Source of the DNA: Euprymna scolopes
Taxonomy: Eukaryota
Assembly (NCBI GenBank): GCA_053919585.1
Contig: CM132799.1
DNA length: 64,000 nucleotides
Strand: one strand, 5' to 3'
Shown here: piece by piece, positions 28,652 through 40,250 of the stretch
Numbering within the stretch: the first letter of the stretch is position 1
Layout of the letters: the number at the start of each line of letters is the position of its first letter
The notes under the pieces: generated by a model
What the model was told of the DNA's origin: nothing
The model's input: only the letters and a program-made list of their open reading frames with translations
Databases searched by the model: none
Position numbers and translations under genes: made by a program

Positions 28652-29395
28652 CTAAACTAAATTACTTAAAAGATGGGTTTTATAATGTTTGCAATTAATT
28701 GAATTTTCGTGCTTCTTATTTAATAATTTATCTCTTTCTCTAAAAGTAAGTATAAATAATTTCTCATAAAGACATAGGTAGCAAGGCGAGTTTAAAGATG
28801 AACAGGTTTTCGCTTTCTTTAAAATTTTCCAATTTACTATTGGGGAGTAACCTTGCTCTACTAGTTCATTGTAATATTTAGACAAGGAAGTTCTATTTTT
28901 GTACTCATTATTTTCAAAAGAGCACTTGTGACCGGTAAATCTTTCTTTAAAATTGTTATTTGTCATTCCTATGTAATATTTTTTTTTCATTCGGATTTTC
29001 CTTAGTAGAAATAGTTGCTTGGTACACTACAGAAGTAATTTGACAATTTCCTTTAAGAGGGCATTTTGATTTAATTCTACAGTTACAACTTTCGGTAGCA
29101 ATGGGTGTGCTATTTTTGTTTAATATTTTGTTATTATGTTTTTTAATTATTTTTTCAAGGTTTTCATTACAACTATAACTAAGTTTTATTGTATTTTTAT
29201 TGAAAATTTTATGTAGTATGTTATTAATAGGGAAGTGCTTTTTAATTAAGTTTAAGAATTTCATTCCTAGATTTGTTTTAAGTTTCAGATTAAAAGGGGG
29301 ATTGTACCACAGGATTTTTCTCTTACGGTTTCTATTTGTATTTGTGTTTGGGTGTGTTGGTTCTATGAACTCAATTTGGGTGTTTTTTGTATCCA
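28652..29395 (-). pseudogene. C-terminal part of the Naiad-type PLE ORF: RT thumb/linker, Cys-rich motif and GIY-YIG endonuclease; 5'-truncated, +1 frameshift near 28985
   Basis: 'RKRKILWYNPPF...TNLG..FL.LIKKHFP....LHKIFNKNTIKLSYSC', 'CNCRIKSKCPLKGNC', 'SVVYQATI...YYIGMT..NFKERF..HK.SF', 'CYLCLYEK'. One extra A in an A-run splits the frame. Confidence 0.9.
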
Positions 29396-30075
29396 ATACA
29401 AATACAATACATGGATACAAAAACACCCAAATTGAGTTCATAGAACCAACACATTTTTAAATGGAAAATTTTAAAGAAAGCGAAAACCTGTTCATCTTTA
29501 AACTCGCCTTGCTACCTATGTCTTTATGAGAAATTATTTATACTTACTTTTAGAGAAAGAGATAAATTATTAAATAAGAAGCACGAAAATTCAATTAATT
29601 GCAAACATTATAAAACCCATCTTTTAAGTAATTTAGTTTAGATATAAAATTTAAATAAATTAAAAATTGTCACTGATTTCTATAATTTATTAATATTCTA
29701 TTAATATACTTTCTCCTCTCCTGATTTCATTCTTTACTTCTCCTATCTTATATACATGTGTGTCTATGTGTATATGTATGTGTCTATGTATTTATTTTAT
29801 GACCGTGTGTACTTAGATCTATATATTTCTATATTATTTGGTATACCCTCCCATGTTTATTCAATCCATTTGTATGTTTCTATGTGTGTATGCATCTATC
29901 TGTACCCTTGCCAAATTATTTGTATTCTTATGTATTTCTATATATATAATTTATGTAAATTATACATATTTATGTGTGAGTATATATATGTGTGTGTGCG
30001 TTGTTGTGTATTAGTATATGATTGTGTGCATATTTTTGTGTATTTTTTGTATGTATGTGTATACATAAGATTATA

Positions 30076-30126
<51 letters not shown>

Positions 30127-30670
30127 ATATATATATATATGCTTATTAGTATGTCGGTTGGTTCTCTGTGAGTATATACATATGTATCTTATTATTTTTA
30201 ATTAGGGTACTATCTACCTGTGCGTCGCTATTTTTGAGTATTTCGTTGATTTAATTACTTCTTTTGCCTGAATATATTTATAGGTAAGTGTACTTGTATC
30301 TGTGTTATTAGTAATCTGGTATTGAATGTATTATTTTGTGATTTAATATGACTTTATATCTATACTTAAATAGCTTAAACTTCCAACTTAATAGTATAGN
30401 NNNNNNNNNNNNNNNNNNNNNNNNNNNNNNNNNNNNNNNNNNNNNNNNNNNNNNNNNNNNNNNNNNNNNNNNNNNNNNNNNNNNNNNNNNNNNNNNNNNN
30501 NNNNNNNNNNNNNNNNNNNNNNNNNNNNNNNNNNNNNNNNNNNNNNNNNNNNNNNNNNNAAATATTAGTAGTTTTTTATTTATAATTATTGGACCTATTT
30601 AATTTATTTAATCCCCTCTTATGGCTAAATATGTTATATTAAAAAGATAATAAATATTAATTTTATTCTG

Positions 30671-30722
<52 letters not shown>

Positions 30723-31199
30723 TATGTTTATTGTTATTAATAATAATTTTAATATTGTTTTATCATTGTTTTTTTCTTTTATTCATATGTTTATCTTATA
30801 AAAACGCGAAAACTTTAAACTTATATCATTTAGCATAAAGGGCCTAATTAATGGTAGACGTATGTTTGAATTGCGTTGATTTTACTCGTGGACGTATGTA
30901 AGAGGATAAATATGCTAGCAGAATGCATTCCCTGCCTTTTTTGACACGTTCATCTCTGACGCTTGGATTGTATCTTCTGTTTGTATTTGTAATAATATGC
31001 TTCATTACTGAATTGTATAATTGTTCATAAATTGGTTGACACGCAGATTTTTTCTTTTTCTTTTTCTTTTTCTATATACTGTCAAATTCTTACTTTCTCT
31101 CTTTCTCTATTTAACTAGATCTCATTATTCTTTCCTTTTCCTTCTAGTTCTTATTCTCTTTATTATAACCCTTTGTTTCTTTTTTCTTTTCTTCTCCGT

Positions 31200-31233
<34 letters not shown>

Positions 31234-31680
31234 ATATGGAGGGGGGGNNNNNNNNNNNNNNNNNNNNNNNNNNNNNNNNNNNNNNNNNNNNNNNNNNNNN
31301 NNNNNNNNNNNNNNNNNNNNNNNNNNNNNNNNNNNNNNNNNNNNNNNNNNNNNNNNNNNNNNNNNNNNNNNNNNNNNNNNNNNNNNNNNNNNNNNNNNNN
31401 NNNNNNNNNNNNNNNNNNNNNNNNNNNNNNNNNNNNNNNNNTCTCTATTTTGTTTTCTCTATATTTTCTTTCTCTATTTCTGTCTCTATTCCTTTTTTTC
31501 TTCTCAATCACTCTCTCCCCATTGTAATCTTTTAACTTTATTTAAATTGCCTCTCCCTTTTTACTTTTTTATTTTTTTATTTAATTAAAGTCCTGTGTTT
31601 TAAGTTTTTTAACTCCAACTTCTAAAGAGTTCCTACCTAAAATAAAAATCCATTATTCATTGAACTTTTGAATAGTCAAG

Positions 31681-31737
31681 TCGCTGCCTGATGATATCTG
31701 TTGTTTGATTGAAACAAGTGGCTGTTTGTAGCAGCGG
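31681..31737 (+). ncRNA. Type I hammerhead ribozyme (right arm)
   Basis: Stem I CGCUGC/GCAGCG; core CUGAUGA (31688-31694); short stem II AUC/GAU; GAAA (31711-31714); stem III CAAG/UUUG; cleavage triplet GUA (31728-31730). Confidence 0.88.
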
Positions 31738-33199
31738 GATGTGAGCATGTTTATATAACAATAAACAAGTATTATCAGCTCTTTTTATTGAGCACTATCT
31801 AACAACCTCGTTGAATTCATTAGTCCATTACTTTTGAATATAAAAAAACCCCGAGTATATATATATATATATATATATATACATTTTAAATTTAAAGGCG
31901 TTAGACCAGTAGTCTAAAGGGAAGAGTGTATTTAAATGTGATAGTAAAACCCCTAATTTTATCAAAATACAAGAAAAAACACTGTTCGTTGTAATGCAGT
32001 TATATAATTAACTCGATAGCCACATATCCTAGAGCTACTTTAATATTTATATGTTATAATTCAAATTAAAATTAAAAATTAACAATCTGATTCATAAGGA
32101 GAAACTCAACAAAGCCAAAATATTTTACGATCGTTTCGGCAACTATGTTTTTTTATTGCAATAGACATTAAATAATGGGCAATAATTTTAACATTTTTTA
32201 AACAAAGTCTCCTCATCAGCAAAAATATTTGGTGGCTTTTTTTTTACAAAAGGCACCATAAATAAACCTAGCATTTTCTAAGTAAGGAAGATTTTTTTTA
32301 CATTGGAATCACCACTTAGCATGTCACTTGAGGATAAGGGTTTAAGAGTGTACAGTAGTCAATTGGACAATATAGTAATCGTTAGTAATGGAAATTCGGT
32401 AAACTTGAGAATTATTTCTTTATATAAAACAATACAACATATAAGATGATTTAAAGAAAATTTAGCAATTGAAACCATTGAAAACGGATGAGCAACGCTT
32501 TATAATATTATGTAATTCTTGATTGTATGTGCGAATGTTTAAAAAAGATGCATTAATGTATTGCCCTCATTTTATTATTTTGGTAATACTACTTCGGATA
32601 GAAACCAGTGTTGTGTTTTAATGAGCGTGCGCGAAATATATCATCATGTGAAAATATAAAGAATGTTTTAAATTTGCTTGTACGATTTGAAATTATATAA
32701 TCATAACCCTTCCTAAAATACCTAGTTCGAAGCTACTACCATATGATGTAGTTATGTAAATATCACTATATTATATTTTATTTAAAATATCGTTGTTTTC
32801 GGAAAAAAATACTCCAAAATTTATTGAAATATTTGTAAAACAATTTTCTATCGAAAACGACAATGTTTAAACTTGTATCACATCTGAGAAACCATCTTGC
32901 TTAGTATTTTACTACGTTAGACGAGTTGTTATAACTACACCATCATTTGGTCTGGGTCATTGTGACATTGTTTTTTCTGTACTAAAAATAATTCAGTCTC
33001 TGCCCAACGTTACTGTCTTCATTTTTCTAATTTTCAAATTAATCTTTGCTATAGTGTCTTAAAAACCTCCCACGTGTTCATTCTCTGTGAAATGTACCTT
33101 TTTGTTTATAATAATATATTGAACTCAATTTTTTCTCATACCCATTGGTGAATTATTTCAGGATTTTTTTTGGATAACGTTGAAATATCTTAAAGTAAC

Positions 33200-33551
33200 A
33201 GGGTGCCTTTGTATGATTTACATCTAGTAACTCCAGTTTTGCAAACTTATTTTAATTTTACCATCCCTGGAGCTTGCAATATTCAATCACGTGAAATTAT
33301 TTTTTTTTCATTCCTATTGCTACATTGTATATTAACTTTAGCAAGTACGCTCTATTGCTCACTTGAAGTGTACGAAAATATTTGTAAGCACAATCGAATT
33401 CCGCATTTTGCTGATTCATCCTGTCTGATTCAAAGGAAAGTATTTCTTTCAAAACTCCGCGGATGAAAGGCAATTCACTCCTTTGTGTTTCCTATTTGAA
33501 AATTAAATGTTTTTAACTCTTACTAACGTCTGTTTTAAAATATAGTATTAA

Positions 33552-33556
<5 letters not shown>
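33200..33556 (+). repeat. PLE-derived 3'-end repeat with relic hammerhead, ending at (TA)n (copy 1)
   Basis: Aligns by eye with ~41790-42066 (CCGCATTTTGCT...GGAAAGTATTTC...AAACTCCGCGGAT...GTGTTTCCT). Hammerhead core decayed. Confidence 0.55.
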
Positions 33557-33597
<41 letters not shown>

Positions 33598-34686
33598 CGT
33601 GTGTGTACATGTGTGGGTGTTCTTGTGTGTGTCAGAGGGAAGATGCTTTTCATGTTAAATAACCGTATAACTAGGAATGTAGAGACAGCAAAATATAACA
33701 AGTTGCTAAAGAGTCAGAATAAATGCACATGAACAGATGTAAAGAAAATGGGTAAGTCATTTCGCCATGAGTACGAGAAAATCCGGTAAGAACTCGATCG
33801 ATGACTATTTTAGAAACAGATGTGGTTGAAACAGACAACAGCGGAAATTGCATGAACAGGAATATGAGACAATGGATAGCAGCAGATGTGAAAACTGGAT
33901 CGTGAACATCATTGCACACTGTCACACGGATAATTTTGTGGATATTATTGATGCGTTATGCTAGGTTACATATAGGTTTAATAAGCGTGCAAGAGTGTAT
34001 CAAGAATTATAGAGGATGCAGTAATGAAAGCGATGAAGATGGATTCTGTACAACATAAAATGACACCAAATTGAGATTAATTCAGATGCCTATGAGGTTG
34101 TCAGAAACTCTCAGATGGATCCAGTCTGTGCAACGTAGACAAATGACATGCTAAACCGAAGCAGAAATGGCACAAATTATATTGATTCTTGCGACCAGTA
34201 TCACTGATCACTAGAGCAAAAAAGCGTAATTGAACTAAAAACAGGGTAGTAATTGAAAAATAGCAACCGCCAACGGTTATGAGAACCGGAAACCAGAAGC
34301 CACATGAAAAAGTGCTGGAAGGTGTTATAGCAAAACGTATCTGCCGGTTTGTGAGTAGATGTGAGTAATGAAGAAAATTAAAATTGAAGCACTTTAAGCG
34401 TCAAGATTTATGGAGCGTAGAATAGCGTCTGTCTTTGTCTGAAGTGGGATCTTTGAAAATAAATTAATCGTTATATCATAAACAGAAAATGACAGTAAAA
34501 AAATAAAAGGGGTACATGAATCCTAGCGTAGATGAAACGCGGCCCTTTCTGTGTAGCTTATTTGCTATATATATTTTATAACCTACTTCCTAGTTCTACC
34601 TTCGAATTGATCCCTGTTGAAGTAAATACTTAAAGTTAACGCATACATTCATAATTTATTATACTAATTTCAGTGATTAAATTAAG

Positions 34687-34749
<63 letters not shown>

Positions 34750-35301
34750 TCAAAAAACTCACAGGAATGCTAAGAGTCGATACACGTTACTCGAGTGTTA
34801 CGTGAAAATGTGCAAGGCAGGGGCGTACTCCTCCCATAGTCATTATNNNNNNNNNNNNNNNNNNNNNNNNNNNNNNNNNNNNNNNNNNNNNNNNNNNNNN
34901 NNNNNNNNNNNNNNNNNNNNNNNNNNNNNNNNNNNNNNNNNNNNNNNNNNNNNNNNNNNNNNNNNNNNNNNNNNNNNNNNNNNNNNNNNNNNNNNNNNNN
35001 NTATTTCGACAGCCGAACAACGTCGTAGCTCACAAGATCCGCGTTTGTCAATTAATACCAAGTAAAAACTCTAGTATCACCTTGAATCGAGCGCAACAGT
35101 TTGTCATATACGAACCCGGTATTTGCTTATGTTGCAGAATACTCGCCTCGCAGGCAAATGACTCGGACTTAAAATCCAGAGGGCAGATATGTATTACGGA
35201 TGAACCTAAATAAGCGCGAAACTGGGCTCGTGGATATCCGGTGTGTTGGCCGTCCTGGATGTTGTGCGCGGCGACCTATTTGCTGTTGAAACACACACAC
35301 A

Positions 35302-35351
<50 letters not shown>

Positions 35352-35399
35352 GTTCGGAGAGAAATACCAAGGCAGTTGTCTGAGGGCGCGTTTAAACTA

Positions 35400-38300
35400 C
35401 TTCTTTAAGTCATGCATCTCAGAAAAGCGAGTCTGATGTAAAAGCTGAGGATTGTTGTTCACCCATTATGTGAGTAATTGTTGCATTGAATTTTTGTTAT
35501 CGCCACATCAAAAATGTGCCCAGATTGCCTAATTCGCGTGTTTAACTGGAAGCCCATTGCGGTCATACCGGAGTGGACTTCACAGGTAACCTTTAGATTA
35601 AGGAGGGAAGCAGGTTGGTGAAAATGTACCTTCTGATATTCACAGTTCTTAGTATTCGGGTTGTACATGGCGAGGTAGTGCCGGATATGAGCGTTTTATC
35701 ATTTCTGCAAGCATTAGTCAGATTCTCTAATCTGTATGGCATCCCTTCGGCCATTTACAGTGAAAATGCGAGGACATTTCTGGGAGGTGCGGGGTGGTTT
35801 CAAAGGCTTGTGTTCAGTAACGACTATCAGCAAAAGTGTGGCTCTTGCAAGAGTAAATTCCGACCAATCCCGCTGTTTTCCCCCTGGGTTGGTGGCGTCT
35901 GGGAAAGAATTATTCAGACAATAAAGAATTGCTTTTATAAGGTGGTTGGTAGGGGTGAGTTGGACAATTTCTCATTACTCACCATCGTTTCGTACATCAA
36001 AAGAGCCATCAACAACCGCCCTCTGACTAATCCAGCATCTTCCGAGATTGAGTTGAAACAGTGACCCACCCAACATGGTCCTGCGTCCTAATGAGAATCC
36101 GGGGCTACTCTTAGCCCTGATTGACGGAGAATTTACTTCGCACATCCATCCCAGCCGGTAGAGGTTGCTCAGAACCATGCAAATTTGGAACAAATGTCTT
36201 GCACAATACATAACAATGTGGTACAACAATATTTGTGGAGTATTAGAGAGAAGCCCCAGGGTGGCTGGAGGGTTCTATTCTACAACAGATTGACCTGGCT
36301 TGCATTATTTCTCTGGCATATGCACAGTAAGAGAGAACCCTATTTACCGATTGTCTGTCCTTGGGCACCCAGTATGAGCATCGATCATTAGAAGTTTTGT
36401 AATAGGATGACGCATGGCTAATAAAACCGGGTGTCTGATATCCAACCTAAAGCAGATGACCCTTCCAATTCTGCCTCCAGACCTAATGGGGCCATCAGTA
36501 TCCCTGAAGAAATCCAATCTCCTCGCTAGTTCAGAAACTGTTTTGCCAGCAGTACTCGACAAAAAAGCCAGTTCCGCAGCATACACTTGTAGTTGCATCG
36601 TCTTTACCAGAAAAATGGCTACCCGTTTCTCATAATCATCCTCCAACCTCTACAATCGACCGAGGAATTTGAGAACCAATGATGTCACTCCAATGAGCCT
36701 TGCAAAGGATGAAAATCTACCCAGGGGGACAAACGTCGGGGACCTCTCCCAACTTAGGATAGCAGCATTCCAGGAGGAGCGAGCGATCCTCTGGCAGGGC
36801 AAACTAAGGCATGGAGACTCCTGGGTAGCACATGGCGTGGTTCCGCTACCTAACCAAGCCGGACGTTGCCACCAGAACCAAAGGTAGTCCTTGAATCTTC
36901 TTAAAGACATTCCATTTGTAATCAAGTCAGCAGGGTTCTCCGGTGTAGGGATGTAAGGGAAGGAGGGATGGAACCCAAGTGTGGAGCCTAACTCGGCACT
37001 CATCCGCTGGATGTCCTTGAGCCTATTCCGGGCGAAAATGTTTTTGCTTACAATGGCCCCTGATAAGAGCCAGAAAAGGACCACCTGTGAATCTGTTGCC
37101 ACATGAACCTCTGTTGGAGAGAATCTTCCCAGGTTCCTCAAAATATCGTTCAAGCACCGTAACACCAAGAAAACGGTCATAAGCTCCATCCTGGGGAGGG
37201 TTTTTATTTAAAGGGCCCACATTAGCCATTGCAAAGACCGAGGAAGCTATACAATTCAGCACGGCATAAGCTGCGAAGCCAAACGTTTCAGGAGAGGCAT
37301 GGCAGAAGAAGAAAAGTTCGCCTGATTCTCCCTCCCAAAATGCTCTTCGCGGAAAAGAAAGTGTTTCCAACTCGGACATGTCAGAGAGCAAACTCCTCTA
37401 AAGGGATAAGTAATCAGGGGACACCAGCGATTCCCATCCATGCCCGCTCTTCCAAAAAATGCTAAATAAAATGCGTCCCCGTATCGAAACTGGCAGACAC
37501 AGAGACAAGGGATCGTATTTTCTGACCATCTCCCCAAGATCCTGTCTTTTCGTCGATTCAGAAAGGTCACAATCCACTGGGGTTACACAAAATGTGTCCA
37601 AGACGGGGCGGTATTGATAGCCTAACATTTTTTCCCAATCACTGCTATGATACTAAGCGTGTCATGCTCTCCCATTTTCTCTCGGATGGATTCAAGGTTA
37701 GAACTACAAACCTCCCCTTAGCAATCGTACTCTGGTCACTTAATATAAATTGCATAGGTATCTCGGATCATTCCTTGTTATAACTAAATTATCCACATAG
37801 AAGTTAATTTCCATCAAATATCCACAGTCATCCAGAGGGAATTGGGCCACATGGTGCCGGAGGGTATAGTTCAGAATGAAAGGGCTCGAGACCAAACTTG
37901 AAGCAGCGCAGGCGACTGCCATCATTAAGGAAAAAAAACAACACTTGTTTTTATCAGAATCGAATTGTAGGCGGATCATCAAGAAAGCCTTCATGGTATC
38001 CGCCAATACAACATGATCATTCGTACGAAATCTGAGAAGCAGGTCCACTAGATCGCTGGTAAGGCGTATCCATTGATAGGTGGCTTCATTAAGGGAGGGA
38101 ACATCACCAACCCTAAGTGTGTAGTTACACACATATCTAATCTTAGTAGTGGAAGTGGGGTCTGACTTCAGCACAGGTCTGTGTGGAATCTAAACATACT
38201 CGTCGAATCGTTCTGGCGTCACAACGATCTCCTCAATTATGCCACCACGTTCCTGCTCCTGGAAAACCTTTAGATAGCCCTGGTACAATTGTTTCTTCTC

Positions 38301-40250
38301 TAGCCTGCGTGCACATGTTCTAAGGAACGTAAGGCCAGAGCATGGGTTGAGAGTGATTATGATAGTTTGTCATCCTCCCAGGACAATTGAATATAGTATT
38401 TATTATCCCTAAACTGGATGGATCGTCTAAATTTACCGTTCTTCTGTTCGTCATATTTCGAGAGGTCTGATTATCCTCTACTTAATGATCCCATGTCGAA
38501 CATTTTCTCTAATCCTCTCTGTACCACACTGTATGGGAAGAAATCACTGAGTGCGTCCTCATACGTATTCCGGGACTCCAATATAAAACACATCACAGAT
38601 GGGGCGATTTGGCGGTCAAGGCAAGTAAACTGCTGAAGGCAGGTCCCTCTGGGCTCCCACTTGGGGTTTATCCTATGGAAAGAATTTGCTTTACTTCGCC
38701 AAAAGGGACGAGTTCTGATGAAGTCAAGAATGCCTGTCCACGTAAATAAGATACCAGTTGAAGGGGGCTCCAATGTTGAATAAAATGCAAGCCAAGGATT
38801 CCATGAATCGGGATGAAACCAGTACCCCTGTCGAAGCGGCCAGCGATATCACATTCAATGCGTTCGAACTCATCCAAAATCACATCTAGGTTCTCAATGC
38901 ATACTAGCACATCAATCTGGGAGAGAGATCGGACAATGAGACCCAACGTTGGCCTTCAACACAACCTCCGTGAACTCCCTGCTGCATTCTACCAGGAGTG
39001 TGGTCAAGTTAATTTCACAATCTCGTTCAATCGTTTCTGAACGTATAAGTGGCTTCAATCTTTCAGTGGAAAGATATATTCGAAAACTACAACTGTATAA
39101 TAAACAATAACTAACCTATTTGTTGTTCTTACTAAATGTTACACAATAAACTGGTGGGGGAGAGAGGATCTACTCTGAGAGTGACAGGCCGAGTTGATAT
39201 GGAAGGAGAGGTCTCTTCGGGAAGAACTGTGCTCTGGCTAAGACGACGGCTTCCACCCAGAATTACGTACAGGATAAAGCGACGGGCTCGTATTCCTGTC
39301 AACTTTGATAAGAATACGTTTTACGGTCTCCTTGGTGGTGTTCAGAATGGATGACAGGATGGAATTCCATTACCGGTAATCTGGATCAATTCTCCCTTGA
39401 CCTCCTTGTGAAATTTGGCGAATATAATCTTAACCATAATGCGAGCCTCAAAAGATCAGACATTGAAAATGTACAGTTGAAGGAGCCCCTCAATTCTGTG
39501 AGACGCGAGACTGCCCCTGATAAAAAGTTTATCAGGGCTGTATATGATCTGTCCCGTCCATAGAAAAAATCCAGTTTATCCTGAAAAATTAGGTCTATAA
39601 TGTCATCTTCGTCAAGGTATTCGTTTTTCAGAACAGAGAGAGACACTTCATAGTTCTTGTTGCAGATAGACACATGGTTAATATGTAGCAAGAGTTGTCT
39701 GGAGAGCGAACACTTGAGGAAATTCGGCGTCGCTAGCAATTCCTGCCACACAATTTTCGAATCTCGACAAACACATTCCTAAAACTCATCAGATTGGACC
39801 GAATGTCCAATCCATCAAAGATATGTCCTATAATGTGAACCTGTGGAGGCTTTACTACAAAGGAAGACATGTTTCTTCCTACTTCTATGGAAGACGAACT
39901 TTCGGATTCAGCGTTGTCTGAGCGGTACTTGAGGTCAAAATGCTCTATTTCTTCTTGAAACTTTAAGTGTTTCAGTAGCTATTATTCCTGGAGTGGTTGC
40001 TCATCACCATCCTTGGACATGAGTTGGATCTTTTGAACACAGATATCCACCTCCGTCATGAACTCATAGATAGATTGCCTTAGGCCGGTAAATATTTTGG
40101 CAGAGGTCTCCACGCTGTCTGAATGTTAGTAGATAAAACAGAAATTCTCTTGCGTAAACATTTTTAATTCTCCTCCATATTAGTAAGTTTCTTTCGCAAT
40201 GTGTCGAAAAAATAATTATGAAAAAAGACCGAAGGGGTTAACGACTGTTA
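35400..40250 (-). mobile_element. Degenerate BEL/Pao LTR retrotransposon with an internally inverted integrase segment
   Basis: Minus: gag (39386-39751), RT 'STTKIR...SLNE...LLLRFR...AD..KAFL...FYVDNL' (37740-38174), Pao RNase H 'FCHAS', 'TDSQVVLFWL', 'NPADL' (36650-37391), integrase Zn finger (36300-36646). Plus: integrase core (35502-36299). LTRs not resolved. Confidence 0.9.
35502..36299 (+). pseudogene. BEL/Pao integrase core and C-terminal domain (inverted relative to the rest of the element)
   Basis: 'PRLPNSRV..HTGVDFTG', 'YLLIFT...RVVH.EVV', 'SFLQALVRF...GIPSAIYSENARTFLGG', 'SPWVGGVWERII', 'INNRPLT', 'QYLWSIRE'. Confidence 0.88.

Larger units (their letters stand above)
26522..31855. 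mobile_element. Palindromic insertion of a 5'-truncated Penelope-like element, Naiad type, in a (TA)n tract
   Basis: Inverted arms 26522-28836 and 29458-31772, confirmed by mirror ORFs in the track (28154-28537 vs 29756-30205; 26751-27254 vs 31021-31527). Central GIY-YIG region, a hammerhead in each arm, (TA)n on both flanks. Confidence 0.93.

Noticed and set aside
28652-29395. Selenoprotein-type Naiad (UGA at Cys positions plus SECIS)
   Set aside because: All visible Cys positions in both Naiad fragments use TGT/TGC and no canonical SECIS core was seen. The missing N-terminal part cannot be judged.
25933-31535. Hydrophobic ORFs rich in Y/I/C/V/F (e.g. 28154-28537, 29756-30205, 31021-31527)
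   Set aside because: These are translations of (TA)n, (TG)n and pyrimidine tracts in the PLE UTR, not real proteins.
26522-31772. Palindrome as a DNA transposon with giant TIRs (Polinton or foldback), or as a pure assembly artefact
   Set aside because: The arms are PLE 3' ends with hammerheads and part of GIY-YIG. They differ at several sites, have unequal tails and distinct flanks. An artefact is unlikely but not excluded without reads.
33670-34450. GC-elevated block, possibly a LINE relic or exon
   Set aside because: No open frame or recognisable motif on either strand.
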